A DNA stretch of 64,000 nt from an uncultured Gammaproteobacteria bacterium (GTDB lineage: Bacteria > Pseudomonadota > Gammaproteobacteria > CAWCPV01): NCBI GenBank assembly GCA_963797555.1, contig CAWCPV010000007.1:32001-96000 (forward strand). Direction: 5' to 3'. Both the position numbers and the translations under genes were made by a program. Position 1 is the first letter of the stretch. Every line of letters begins with the position of its first letter. Positions 50,304-61,312 of the stretch are shown piece by piece. The notes beneath the pieces are model-generated. The model saw only the letters and a program-made list of their open reading frames with translations, was not told the origin of the DNA and did no database searches.

Positions 50304-51866
50304 ATGACTAGCGCGCGTGCCATAGCGGGAGGATCGCTGCGAGCGCTGGCTTTTCTCGTTCTCGCCGTGGCGTATTTGATCTGGGGCTGGAACTCCGTCC
50401 TGGGAGATTTCGGCGGCGACAACGCAGTTTATCTGTTGACGGCGCAGTATTTGTCGCCGTATGCGCCGGCCAGCGACTTAGCCGCGCAGTTCGCACGAAA
50501 TAGCGCATTCCCGCCGCTGTTCCCCTTGCTGCTGGCGCTGACGGGCGGCGCGGAGAGTTTGCTGACGGCTCACATCGTTACCGTGTCCTGCCTCCTGGTG
50601 GCGTTTCTGCTCTATTACCTGTGGGCAAGGGAGGAGACGTCGTCGCCGTGGGCCGCATTTGCCGTTACAGCTTGTTTTGCTTTGTTACCCGGAACATATT
50701 TGCATGCGTTGTCGGTATTAAGCGAAAACCTCTATTTGGCACTCTGTATCGCGGCATTGTTCGGTGCATCCCGTTGGGAAAAAAGCGGAAAGCCAGATTG
50801 GCTGGTATTGTCGGCGTTTGCCGTGAGCGCAGCCTGCCTGACGCGAGGGGCGGGGATCGCGTTGCTGGCTGCATTCGTGGCCTATCTTTGGTTGAAACGT
50901 ATCCCTCGGCGGATTGGCTTGAGCCTGATATCAGCCTTGCCGGCGCTGACTTGGAACATTATCCGCGGCCAGAATGGCGGCGGCTACTGGGGAGACCTGT
51001 TCGAGCGCTACAGCGGAGACATTTTCGGGGCGTTGCAGCACCAACTGGGCCTCGAAGTCCAAGCCTTGTGGTCAGGCTGGGTGCTCAATTTCTGGTACAA
51101 CGTTGTCGCGCCTGTGATAGCTGGGGGACTGCTGCTTGCGGCAGTGGCGGGTCTCGCGTCCCGACTGAAGTCACGCAAATTGGATTCCATCTATGTAGTG
51201 TTTTACGTGGCCATGATGTTGGTCTGGCCTTTTCCGTTGGAAGTCGAACGTCTCGCCTTCGTTGTCTTGCCAGTACTGTTAGGGCAGGCTGTTTTCCTGG
51301 CAGTGCGGATGCGATTCGATAGGTTCAAGGTATTACGAGGGGCTCTGCTGACGGCGGGTTTGGGCGCGCTCCTCCTCGTCATCTTGCCGGAACTCTTGCT
51401 GGCAGAGCGACGGTTCTCTGCGCCCTTGCCAGAAACGCTCGCCCCGTATAGGCGCATAGCAGAGTGGTACTTGCCCGATCCGCAGCAAGGGATGGAGGAC
51501 CTGCTGGGCTATGAGGCGTGGGAGAGAGGCTTTCGTGGACTCTCGCATGCGATTCCGCCGGAGGAATGTGTCTATGTGATAAAGCCTGCAGTGGTGAGTT
51601 ACCTTTCCGGCCGCGTGGCGCGGGTGCCCCCGCCAGCGGCGTTGAGCGATACGGAGTTCCACGCGGCATTGGGGATCGGCGGCTGCCGTTACTTCTACCT
51701 CTTGGCCGCGCGCAGTCCGAGCTATCCCCAGGTGTTCTACCCTCGGGACAGGCTGCAGGGGCGTTTTGAGGTGGTGGAAATCACCGCCCTCGACGACGGC
51801 ACCGGCGGGCAGAACGCCGTAGGCATGCTGGTGCGCCTCAAGGACCACCGACAGAAAGGATCGTAG
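50304..51866 (+). CDS. GT-C fold membrane glycosyltransferase-like protein (paralog A)
   Basis: GGDNAVY...A, FPPLFP.LLA, LSENLY and LTR.AG motifs, multiple TMs, C-terminal soluble domain. Confidence 0.78.
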   Translation: MTSARAIAGGSLRALAFLVLAVAYLIWGWNSVLGDFGGDNAVYLLTAQYLSPYAPASDLAAQFARNSAFPPLFPLLLALTGGAESLLTAHIVTVSCLLVAFLLYYLWAREETSSPWAAFAVTACFALLPGTYLHALSVLSENLYLALCIAALFGASRWEKSGKPDWLVLSAFAVSAACLTRGAGIALLAAFVAYLWLKRIPRRIGLSLISALPALTWNIIRGQNGGGYWGDLFERYSGDIFGALQHQLGLEVQALWSGWVLNFWYNVVAPVIAGGLLLAAVAGLASRLKSRKLDSIYVVFYVAMMLVWPFPLEVERLAFVVLPVLLGQAVFLAVRMRFDRFKVLRGALLTAGLGALLLVILPELLLAERRFSAPLPETLAPYRRIAEWYLPDPQQGMEDLLGYEAWERGFRGLSHAIPPEECVYVIKPAVVSYLSGRVARVPPPAALSDTEFHAALGIGGCRYFYLLAARSPSYPQVFYPRDRLQGRFEVVEITALDDGTGGQNAVGMLVRLKDHRQKGS

Positions 51867-51962
51867 CCCAAATGGGGCATCGGTTCACCGACTTGAAATA
51901 TCCGTACGCTCCGCCCCGGGTCCTGCCGCACAGGCGATTCGGCGGATTCGCGCGTGCAGCGG

Positions 51963-52529
51963 TCAAAGCAGACCCGTGTCCTCGTAAAGGTCGTCCTAGG
52001 ACAGCGGCACGGACAGTTCCCTGCACCCGATCTGAACGATGTCTTCCCGCCCCAGGGCCTGCTCCTGCCAGGTCTCGCCTGTGCGCTGCAGCAGTCGTAC
52101 GTGCCTTTTTTCGCTGTCCACCAGCAGGTAATAGCGCAGGCTGGGAATGTCGCGGTAGTGCAGCCATTTCTCCCGCTGGTCCACGGCTGCCGTGCTGGGT
52201 GAAAGAACTTCCGCCACGAAGCAGGGGGCGGTCTTGTAGATGGGGTGGTCGTCGCTCGGGTCGCACACCAGCATGACGTCGGGATAGTAGTAGGCGCGAT
52301 GGGCGGCAACGCGCAGCTTCATATCGGCCATCAGAGCGCGGCAGGGGTGCCCGCGGGTGGCGGCGCGCAGGTGGAAAAAGATGTTGCCGGTGATGCGGTT
52401 GTGCGGCTCGCTGCCGCCGCTCATGGCGAACGCATCGCCGGCCACGTACTCGCTCTTGACGACAGCGGCGGCCTCGGCGGCGAGGTATTCCTCCTCGCTG
52501 AGCAGGGTGTGTTCGAAAGGTGTACCCAC
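51963..52529 (-). CDS. Uma2 family endonuclease with an in-frame TAG at 51996-51998 near the C-terminus
   Basis: GGAGGA RBS; EEYL..E.....SEYV.G..FAM.GG...H, YYYPDV.L.C, EVLSPST...D..EK...Y..IPSL..Y; DDLYED follows the TAG. Confidence 0.88.
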
Positions 52530-52749
52530 TTTTCGTTCCTCCGACGACCCCAGGATAGGCAGAGACGCGGGGCGGCGCAAGCCGACGGGGAGTCGGTGGC
52601 AACGGGCACGTACCGCCTCGGCGCCGCAAAACGGACAGCCGGCGGTGAAGCGGGTTCTGGCCATATGCCCCGGTTCACGCTCGACTCGCGTGCGGACTGA
52701 GAGCACGCAGCACCGGTGCTATACTGCACTCCAGATCGAGAGCATGAAC

Positions 52750-53145
52750 ATGTCCGTCGCCGCATTCGACACGCTGAAATTCGCCAACCGCCTCAAGCAG
52801 GCGGGTGTCCCCGAAAGGCAGGCGGAGGCCGAGGCTGAGGCGCTGGCCGAAGTCCTGGAGGTCAACCTCAAGGACCTCGCGACCAGGGATGACCTCTTGG
52901 CGGTCAAAGAAGACCTGTCGGCGGCCAAGGAAGAGCTGCGGCGCGATCTCGAGGGACTGGAGATTCGGCTGCAGGCCCGAATGGACAAGTTCGAGGCCAA
53001 GATCGCCGGCGAGTTCACACGGCTGAGCGGCGAGTTCACACGGCTGAGCGGCGAGGTGACGCTGCTCAAATGGATGCTGGGACTGGTACTGGGCGGTATC
53101 GTCGCGCTCATCCTCAAGGCTTTCTTTCCGCTAGGCGGGGCATGA
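52750..53145 (+). CDS. DUF1640/CCDC90-like coiled-coil membrane-anchored protein
   Basis: FDTLKFA.RL..AG.PE.QAEA, LAT.DDL, coiled coil, LLKWM.G and a C-terminal TM. Confidence 0.88.
   Translation: MSVAAFDTLKFANRLKQAGVPERQAEAEAEALAEVLEVNLKDLATRDDLLAVKEDLSAAKEELRRDLEGLEIRLQARMDKFEAKIAGEFTRLSGEFTRLSGEVTLLKWMLGLVLGGIVALILKAFFPLGGA
53007..53055 (+). repeat. 21-bp tandem repeat (about 2.3 copies) encoding the heptad GEFTRLS
   Basis: CGGCGAGTTCACACGGCTGAG x2 plus CGGCGAG. Confidence 0.9.
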
Positions 53146-53460
53146 CGCTGGACGTGCATTAGCTTGCTGACTAAGGCGGCGGTGAGGCCGGTTCACTGTG
53201 CAATCCAGTTCCCTGCGTGGACTGGTCGAAGACGCTGACACGGACCCGGTAGCAAGCTCCGTTTCGGCATTGGGAAATAGCCACCAGGTTCCACCGTTTC
53301 CAGCAAGTGCCCTCAAACGCGTCATGCGCGCAAGGCTGAGCACCGGCTTGATCGCGACACCGCTGCGCGACAAGGGGATGGCGTCAATCCGCCTGTCGGG
53401 CGCTGACACCGGGAAGGCGATGGCGGCGTGCCGCGGAAGCTCCGCTCGACCACGAAATGA

Positions 53461-55050
53461 ATGAATGTGAAACCTGAGACCGTTTCTGCATCGCTGCGCG
53501 TGGGGGGCGTTTCTGGTTCTCGCCGTGGCGTATTTGATCTGGGGCTGGAGTTCCGTCCTGGGAGATTTCGGCGGGGACGGTGCCGTCTATTTGCTGACCG
53601 CGCAGTATTTCTCGCCGTACTCGTCCCACACCGACGTGGCCGCACAGTTCGCACGAAGTAGCCAATTTCCGCCGCTGTTCCCATTACTGCTGGCGCTGGC
53701 GGGTGGGGCGGAGAGTCTGCTGACGGCCCATGTGGTTACCGTGTCCTGTCTGCTGGTAGCGTTTCTGCTCTATTACCGATGGGTAAGAGAGGAGACCTCC
53801 TCGCCGTGGACCGCATTTGCCGTTACCGCTTGGTTTGCGTTGTTACCCGGAACCTATTTGCAGGCGCTGTCGGTACTGAGCGAGAACCTCTATTTGGGAC
53901 TGTGCATGGCGGCGTTTCTCGGCGCGTCGTGTTGGGAGGAAAGTGGACATTCACGTTGGCTCCTGTTGTCCGCCTTTGCCGTCGGCGCCGCCTGCCTGAC
54001 GCGGGGGGGGGTGGTATCGCGTTGCTGGCTGCGTTCGTGGCCTATCTCTAGTGGAAGCATGCTCGACAGTGGGTTGCCTTGAGCCTGATGTCTGCCTTTC
54101 CGGTGCTGACTTGGACCGTTCTACGCGGCCAGAATGGCGGCAGCTACTGGGCTGTTCTATTCGATCGCTACGGCGGGGACATTTTTTCGGTTTTGAAGCA
54201 GCAGCTGGACCCCGAAATCCATGCCTTGTGGTTAGGCTGGGTGGAAACTTTCGGGCACAGCGTCGTGGCGCCCGGGGTGGCTGGCGCGCTGCTACTTGCA
54301 GCGATGGCCGGTGTCGCGTCCCGATTGATTTCCCGCAAATTCGATTCGATCTATTTAGTATTTTATCTCGCTATGATTTCGGTCTGGCCTTTTCCGGCGG
54401 AAGGCACACGTTTCGTTTTTGTTATTGTGCCGATATTGCTAGCACAGGCTGTTTTGGTGGCGGTGCGGATACGGTTCGGTAGGTTCAAAGTATTACAATG
54501 GACTCTGCTGATGGCAGGTTTTGGGGCACCGTTCCTCGTCGTCTTGCCAGAACTTTTGCTCACAGAGCAACGATTTTTTGAGCCGTTGTCAGAAAAACTC
54601 GCGGCGTATAAGCGTGTGCCATGGTGGTACTTACCCGATTCGCGGGAAGGGGTGGAGGGACTGCTCCTCAGCGAGGCATGGGAGAGAGGCTTCCGTGGAC
54701 TGTCCCGCACTATCCCGACGCAGGACTGTGTCTATGTGATAAAACCTTCAGTGGCGCGTTACCTCTCCGGGCGCGTGGCGCGACCGCCACCGCGAGCGGC
54801 GTTGACGAATAAGGAGTTCGATGCGGCATTGGGCGTTAGCGGCTGCCGTTATTTCTATCTCATCGCCGCGCGGAGTCCGACCTATCCCGAGGCCATGTAT
54901 TTATTGGCCAGGCTACAAGGTCGGCTGGAGTTGTTGGAGACCACGACACTTGATGACGGCACGGGCACGCAGGGTGTGGGAGGTATGCTGGCACGCCTCA
55001 GAGACGGCCCGCAGAAGGGATCCCAGTCCAATGGGCCGCCGGCGCGGTGA
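53461..55050 (+). pseudogene. GT-C paralog B, interrupted (frameshifts in G runs near 53505 and 54008; TAG at 54049)
   Basis: Colinear and highly similar to 50304-51866 (e.g. identical TTCTCGCCGTGGCGTATTTGATCTGGGGCTGGA); the lesions may be sequencing errors. Confidence 0.75.
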
Positions 55051-55248
55051 GCGGCGATCGTCTTTTGGGGCGGCAATGCCAGGGAAGGTATTCCCTGTGG
55101 GAACTGCACCCTGACACCCGCGGCGAATACCACCCCGCTTCTATGCGGTGCTGATGTCTCTGATGAGCCCGGTGGCGCAGCAGATCACGGCGCTGAATTA
55201 CAAGGTCCGTGAGCGTCGGCGGTGGCCGACCATGCAGCGGTGTCTTGA

Positions 55249-56520
55249 ATGAGCGAAGGGAGGAAGCGCGTACTCTTGGTCACAAGGAATCTCCCTCCCT
55301 TGCAGGGGGGCATGGAGCGCCTGCTCCATCACGTCTATCTGGAGCTTGCCAGGGAGTTCGACGTTCGAGTGATCGGCCCCAAAGGGTGTGAACCTTACCT
55401 CCACCCCCAAACCAGTTGTTATGCCGTTGCACCAGATCCTCTTTCACAGTTCTTGCCGAAAGTCCATTGGCGAGCCGTACAATCCGCAATGCAGTTCAGA
55501 CCGGCACTGATCTTTGCTGGAAGCGGCTTGACGGTCCCCGCAGCCCTGGTCGCCGGGCGCCTGACGCGGTGCCATCGTCGCCGGCTATCTGCATGGCTTG
55601 GATCTAGTAGTCGATAGCCCCGTGTACCAGTCCGTCTTCGTCCCGGCGATGCGATTGTGCGATGGCTTCCTGGTCAACAGCCGTCACACGCAGGCGCTCG
55701 CCTGGGCGGGCGGGCATCGACACCCGGAAGGTGTCGGATTCTCAATCCGGGGGTGGCCCTCCCCCTTTCCCTCTCCCTGCCTCGGGGGAATTCCGGAACC
55801 GCCTGGGTCTTGGGGACAGGCCGATATTGCTGAGCGCTGGCCGCCTGACCGCCCGCAAAGGGATCGGGGAGTTTATCCGCCATGGCCTCCCTCGGGTCGT
55901 GGATGAGTTGCAAGATGTGGTCTTTGTGGTGATCGGAGAGGAGGCCAAAGACGCCGCACGGAAGGACCAGAGGGTCAGGGCCGGCATTGTCGACGCGGCT
56001 CGTGCCCATGGGCTGGAGAAGAATGTCCTGTTGTTGGGTGCGGTGGACGACGACACCCTGTCGCAGGCTTATGCTTCCAGCCAGGTACTGGTGTTTCCGG
56101 TCCTGGAGGCGGAAGGCGACGTGGAGGGTTTTGGGATGGTCGCGGTGGAGGCGGCGGCCCATGGTCTGCCCACGGTGGCTTTCGCAGTGGGCGGGATTCC
56201 CGATGCGGTCGAGGAGGGGGTGTCCGGCTCCCTGATACCGTCCGGGCGACTACCGCCTGATGGCCAAGGCCCTGCTCGGCTATTTGAGGAAAGACGTCGC
56301 GGGCGTAAGCGCCACGAGCTGCCGCGCCTTTTCCGAGCGTTTCTCCTGGGAACGATTCGGCGAACGGCTGCGGCAGATCTGCGGGGAATGGATCGGCATC
56401 GCAAGGAGAACGACATGGCGAAGACTGAGCTGCAGGTCGGCTTCTCCCGGCTATACGGTGAGGCGGCCTTCGACGCGGCTGCCAGAGAAAGAAAGGCGCG
56501 TAAGGTCCTGGCGATCCTGA
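55249..56520 (+). CDS. GT4 glycosyltransferase (several frameshifts; 3' end uncertain)
   Basis: LLVTRNLPPL.GGMERL, HG.DL, LSAGRL..RKG, EGFGMVAVEAAA.GLP and FSWE.F motifs in successive frames. Confidence 0.82.
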
Positions 56521-57198
56521 GGGATTGCCTGGGAGATCTGAGTGCCCTCGAGGCATTGGACATAGGCTGCTCTACCGGGATTCATGACCAGGCTGTACGC
56601 CATGAATTTCAAGACCGTGGTAGGGACGGACGTGGACGAGCCGGCGGTGCGTTTTGCCGCTGGACGTAATGTTCTGCCCAACCTCTTCTGGACGGTCCAG
56701 GACTCGCAGCACCTGGGTTTCCGGGACGAGAGTTTCGACGTGATCACATGCACCCACATCTACGAGCACGTGCCGGATGCCGCTCGCCTGATGGACGAGA
56801 TCTACCGGCTGCTGAGGTGCGGGGGTGTGAGCTTCTTCTCCGCAGGCAATCGCCTCAGCCTGATTGAGCCCCACTACAGGCTGCCCTTATTGTCCGTTAT
56901 CCCAAAATGGCTGGCCCACAAGTATTTGAGGCTGGCCGGACGGGGGGACCATTACTACGAGAACCACCGGAGCCTCATGGGACTGCGAAGACTCGTGTCC
57001 CGGTTCGAGGTGATCGACTACACGCTTAAAGTGGTGCAAGATCCTGAAACATTTCATATGGAAGACCTGGTTGTGCCTGGCAGCGTCAAGCAGCGACTTG
57101 CTCTCGCGATACTCAGGATGGCCTATTGGTTATGCCCCACTTATCTGTGGGTTCTGAGGAAGCATCAACCTCCTCACAAGGCGGGGCGGGACCAATAG
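56415..57198 (+). CDS. Class I SAM-dependent methyltransferase; frameshift near 56582
   Basis: AGGAGA RBS; LDIGCSTG, F.DESFDV, YEHVPD..L..EI.RLL..GG motifs. Confidence 0.85.
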
Positions 57199-57231
57199 GC
57201 AAACTCGCTGCGGCCATGATCCTACTTTGAT

Positions 57232-58482
57232 CTAAACCAGAGGCGTGGCCGCTAGCAGCGCTTCATCCTCCATGCTCAACGGGCGCCCGGCCAGGCGGCG
57301 GTAGTGGGCACGGAACATCCGCGCGGTCCGCGCCCACGTGAACTGGGCGACTTTCTCGCGACCGCGCTCTACAAGTTCCCTGCACAGGGCCTCGTCTGTC
57401 CACAGTTGCTCTATGGACCGAGCGATGTCGGACGCGGCGTTTGGGTCGAAGATGAGCGCCGCTGCGCCCGCCTGGCGCGGGAGCGAGGTTACGTTGGAGC
57501 AGGCAGCCGGGGTTTCTGCCAAAAAGGCCTCGAATAGGGGGAAACTGGCAGCCTCGAATTTGCTGGGTATCACCACCGCCCGCGCCAGTCTGTAAAGGCA
57601 CTGCAATTCGAGCGGCTTCACAAAGCCAAGGAATCGGGCCTGCTTTTCCAGCCGCAGTTGTTTTACGCGAGCCTCGATCTGGCCAAAAAAGGCGTTCTGG
57701 GCACCGCAACAGACCAGGGGTACCTCGAGTTTCCGATGCGCGCGCAACAACGCCAGTGCCTCCAACAGGCCGATGTGATTCTTGTGCGGCCATGTCTGTG
57801 CGGCGTAAAAAACAAACCCTTCGGGCAAAGAAAACTTAGTCTTGGTATGCGCTAGATCTTCGGCAGTAGGAAGGGGGTATGCGGCGGCGGCGGGTGCCAG
57901 CGGCACCACCTGTACCTTCTCCTCGGATAACGTGTAGTGACGCAAAACGTCGTTCCTCACCCAGGACGAGGCGACCGGGACCAGACTAGCCCGTGCGCAA
58001 TAGACGCGATAACGAATCTCGCGGATACGCCGAACGCCGCGGCTGAAATACTGCGGCAGGTGCAGGTGTTGCAGGTCATGGGGATGGTACAGGCTCGGAG
58101 TGTCGGTCAGAAAAGCCTTTTGCCGCGTAAAGTGGATGATGTCGGCGTGTATACCCGCGAGGACATGGTCCTGTTGGAAGAGGCGCGGAAGCGGCCGACC
58201 GCCAACCAGGCCGATGCGGGAAAGGAGGGAGAACAAAGTCAGGAGGGGTAAGTTGCGCCATTCCTCCCAGCGTGCGGGGCGCGGCAACGCCACGATGCGG
58301 CACGGGCCGCCGACGTAAGGGCGTAGCCACTGGTCTGCCCCCTGGTACGTGAGGAAAACATACTCCTCCTGGTCACCGTCCAGCGTCCCCAGGCCAGTCG
58401 CCAGACCGATGTTCAACTGTTCGATACCACCCGATTGACCCTCGACTAGGCGGGCATCAAGACAGATTCGTAGTTTTCTCAT
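57232..58482 (-). CDS. GT4 glycosyltransferase (WbaZ/MtfB-like)
   Basis: HDLQH.H.PQ.F, HKNH..L..A, PS.FE..SFP..EA and FTW...A motifs. Confidence 0.88.
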   Translation of the reverse strand: MRKLRICLDARLVEGQSGGIEQLNIGLATGLGTLDGDQEEYVFLTYQGADQWLRPYVGGPCRIVALPRPARWEEWRNLPLLTLFSLLSRIGLVGGRPLPRLFQQDHVLAGIHADIIHFTRQKAFLTDTPSLYHPHDLQHLHLPQYFSRGVRRIREIRYRVYCARASLVPVASSWVRNDVLRHYTLSEEKVQVVPLAPAAAAYPLPTAEDLAHTKTKFSLPEGFVFYAAQTWPHKNHIGLLEALALLRAHRKLEVPLVCCGAQNAFFGQIEARVKQLRLEKQARFLGFVKPLELQCLYRLARAVVIPSKFEAASFPLFEAFLAETPAACSNVTSLPRQAGAAALIFDPNAASDIARSIEQLWTDEALCRELVERGREKVAQFTWARTARMFRAHYRRLAGRPLSMEDEALLAATPLV

Positions 58483-58579
58483 CCACGGAGGCGGTCTTTG
58501 CAACGGAGGGTGCACGGAACGCGCGATACGGTCCCGAGGGCGTCTGGGCCGGGCGGCCGAGTTCTCCCATCCGCCCGTT

Positions 58580-59173
58580 TCACCGGTTGCCCGGCTGCGC
58601 GGCGAGGAGGGCGGCTTCCTTTTCCAACAACTCCCTCGAACGTGCCCTCAACCGCTTCGCGGGTATGCCCGCGTGGATACCCCACGGGGGCAGGCTCTTG
58701 GCCACCAGCGACAGGGCGCCGATCGCGGAGCCCTCGCCGATGGTTACGCCGGGGAGGATGATGCTGCCAGCGCCGACGATCACGTGCCGTTCCAGAGTTA
58801 CCGCGCCCCTCTGTGCGCCGGTGTACAGCTCCGGTACCGTTGGATTGGTCATGTGGCGTCCGGAGTAATCATCGCTGCGAGTGAAGATCTTCACGCCTGA
58901 TGACAGGGTACTGAAATCAGCCATCAGTATCCCCTCCGCGGCAGCGAGCAGACAGTGCGACGCGATGTGGATATACGAGCCGAGAGTAACCGCTCCGGTA
59001 GCAATGATGCTGGCGAAGGCATCGATTCTGATATTGCTGCCCAGGGTGATGTTTTCGATACCGTGCAGATTGACCTGCTGATGGATGCGGACGTTACTGC
59101 CCAAGTTCTTAAAGCCAGCGTGAGCCAACTCATCCTCGGCGTAGTAGCGCGACGAAAAGAGTGTTTCAAGCAC
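58580..59173 (-). CDS. Hexapeptide-repeat O-acetyltransferase
   Basis: I.LG.N.RID.F, SDDYSG..MTNPTV, ILPGVTIGEG..IGA.SLV and G.PAK motifs; start uncertain. Confidence 0.88.
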   Translation of the reverse strand: MLETLFSSRYYAEDELAHAGFKNLGSNVRIHQQVNLHGIENITLGSNIRIDAFASIIATGAVTLGSYIHIASHCLLAAAEGILMADFSTLSSGVKIFTRSDDYSGRHMTNPTVPELYTGAQRGAVTLERHVIVGAGSIILPGVTIGEGSAIGALSLVAKSLPPWGIHAGIPAKRLRARSRELLEKEAALLAAQPGNR

Positions 59174-59246
59174 CGTGTGTGTAGTCTCCGCCACGGCCTT
59201 ATTCAGCACCCAGCGCCCGGTAACCCCCTCGCCCAGCGCTGCCTGC

Positions 59247-60362
59247 CTACCGATGGAAGTCGCGGACGCATTGGGCGATACCGGCAATGTCCTCAGTACT
59301 CAGTGAGCCATGTGTGGGGAGGTTCATCCCTTGGGCGCCGAGTTGGTCGGTGAACCGGAGTTCCTCGCCGCGTTGGCGCGACTTTTCTCGGAAGGGCGGC
59401 AGATGGTGCAGGGGGATGAAGAAGGGCCGGGTCTCGATACCACGCTCGGCCAAGTCGGCTATGAGTTGGTCGCGGCTGCGACCGTATGCAGCCTCATCCA
59501 CGGTGATACAAAATAGCCAGGGTGCGGGCTGGGCCCAGGGCGCGCCAGGTTGAAAGCCGATACCGGGCACAGTGCCCAGAAGCTCCCGATAGAGGGCGAA
59601 GACCCGGCGCCGACACGCGATGATCTGCTCCCGCCGTTCCAACTGCGCGCAGAGTATGGCGCAGGCGACGTTGGTAAGGCGGAAGTTGTACCCGGTCACG
59701 GGAAAGTAGTAGCGCCGTTGGGGGTCCATGCCTTGACCGCGCAGCGTGCGTATGCGGAGTTCCAGTTGCGGGTCGCTGACGGTGAGGGCACCACCCTCGC
59801 CGCACGAAAAGATCTTGTTGCCGTAGAACGAAAACGTAGCAACGCGTGCAAGATCCCCGACGGAGTGTCCCTTATACTGCGCCGTATGGGCTTCGGCGGC
59901 GTCTTCGACGACCCACAGGCCGTGTATCGCCGCGACGTGGTTGATGGCGTCCATATCGGCAGGGTGCCCGTATAGGTGGACCGCGATAATGCCCCTGGTG
60001 CGCGGGGTGATGTTTTCTTCGAGGAGCCGAGGGTCAATGCACCAGGTCTCCGGATCCACGTCCACGAAGATGGGTTCCGCACCGACATAACGTACTGCGT
60101 TCGCGGTCGCGATGTACGTGAGCGAGGGCACCAGCACCTCATCCCCCGGTCTCACGTCCAAAGCCAGTAACGCCAAGTGAAGGGCTACGGTACCGTTGCA
60201 CACGCTGATCGCACCGCGCGTTCCACACATCTGCGCGTACTCGGCCTCGAAACGTTGCACAAACACGCCGGTGGACGATATCCAACTGCTGCGGATCGCT
60301 TCCACCACGTAGCGCTCTTCGTTCCCGGAAAGGTCAGGTGCCGCCAGGGGGATGTTAAGCAT
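59247..60362 (-). CDS. DegT/DnrJ aminotransferase, perosamine synthase-like
   Basis: WISS.G.FV.RFE, NGT.ALHLAL, EDAAEA, FSFYGNK..S.GEGG and GYNFR.TN motifs. Confidence 0.92.
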   Translation of the reverse strand: MLNIPLAAPDLSGNEERYVVEAIRSSWISSTGVFVQRFEAEYAQMCGTRGAISVCNGTVALHLALLALDVRPGDEVLVPSLTYIATANAVRYVGAEPIFVDVDPETWCIDPRLLEENITPRTRGIIAVHLYGHPADMDAINHVAAIHGLWVVEDAAEAHTAQYKGHSVGDLARVATFSFYGNKIFSCGEGGALTVSDPQLELRIRTLRGQGMDPQRRYYFPVTGYNFRLTNVACAILCAQLERREQIIACRRRVFALYRELLGTVPGIGFQPGAPWAQPAPWLFCITVDEAAYGRSRDQLIADLAERGIETRPFFIPLHHLPPFREKSRQRGEELRFTDQLGAQGMNLPTHGSLSTEDIAGIAQCVRDFHR

Positions 60363-60370
60363 AGAGGTTT

Positions 60371-61312
60371 CTACGTTATCTCTGTACCGTTGCGACGCTT
60401 TCTCTTGGCGACCACCAGACCGCACACTCCCATCCCCGGCATGGCCTCCCAGCTCGGGAACTCTCGGAAGTGGTCGGCGATCTCGCGGGGGTCGTCGACA
60501 GAGCAGGCCTGAGCTTGTTCCAGCCAACGTCGCTCATAATCGACATACAGTCCGCGCCGGGTCTCGCCGAACCAGCGAAGGCAGGTCGCAGGTTGGCCTA
60601 TGGGGTCGAGCAAACGTCGTTTGATGGTCGCTTCGTCGTAGATGCGCTGGAAGAAATAGCTCCCATCGGGGCATGGAGCCTGGGTCCCGTAGATGTTCTG
60701 GCCACGGTACTCCTCGCGGAACGCGCGGTCCACCGGTACCGTCAGAATCAGCCGCCCACCCTCCGCCAGCGCTCCATAGAGGAGGCGCATCGCGGCGGTG
60801 TCGTCATGCTTGTCGTGGATGTGCTCGACCACCGAGATGGACCAAATGCAGTCGTAGTGTCCAGGCATCTCGGCCAGTGTCCCCACGTCCTGGGCGAGGG
60901 TCCGCACGTTACGGATGCCTAGCCGTGAAATCACCGCACGGGTGTGGGTGAGGTCCCCGAGATCCGGGTTCAGCATCGTTATCGTGCGCGCCGGGAAGTA
61001 CGTGGCGACGTACAGGGAAAACAGACGGGGCGAGCTGAGGTCGAGACACTCGGTGGCAGTCGCCGGCACGTTGGCTAAAGCAAAGGGAAACTCGAAGTAA
61101 CGTACGATGTTGACCGGTGTCAATAGGTAACCCACGCCACTCGATAGTCCTCGGCGTAACAAGCGCCAGCCCAGGCGGCGCCCGAATTCGGCGAACTCCA
61201 CGCCGGGTATCCCACGTGCCGCGCCGTAGCTGCAGGCTGCGCGCGCACGGGCGTAGAGACGCGGTAACCGTACGGTAGTCGCGAGATGCCGGTAGGCAAG
61301 TTGGCGCATCAC
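60371..61312 (-). CDS. Class I SAM-dependent methyltransferase-like protein
   Basis: RYFEF.FA, LD.SSP, YD.I.SISV.EH and L..GG.L.LTVP motifs. Confidence 0.8.
   Translation of the reverse strand: MMRQLAYRHLATTVRLPRLYARARAACSYGAARGIPGVEFAEFGRRLGWRLLRRGLSSGVGYLLTPVNIVRYFEFPFALANVPATATECLDLSSPRLFSLYVATYFPARTITMLNPDLGDLTHTRAVISRLGIRNVRTLAQDVGTLAEMPGHYDCIWSISVVEHIHDKHDDTAAMRLLYGALAEGGRLILTVPVDRAFREEYRGQNIYGTQAPCPDGSYFFQRIYDEATIKRRLLDPIGQPATCLRWFGETRRGLYVDYERRWLEQAQACSVDDPREIADHFREFPSWEAMPGMGVCGLVVAKRKRRNGTEIT

Noticed and set aside
51996-54051. In-frame TAG codons in Uma2 (51996) and GT-C paralog B (54049) as amber recoding
   Set aside because: Several other genes end normally at TAG (e.g. 34193, 51866, 57198) and no pyrrolysine or suppressor genes are in the window. 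Point mutation or sequencing error is more likely.
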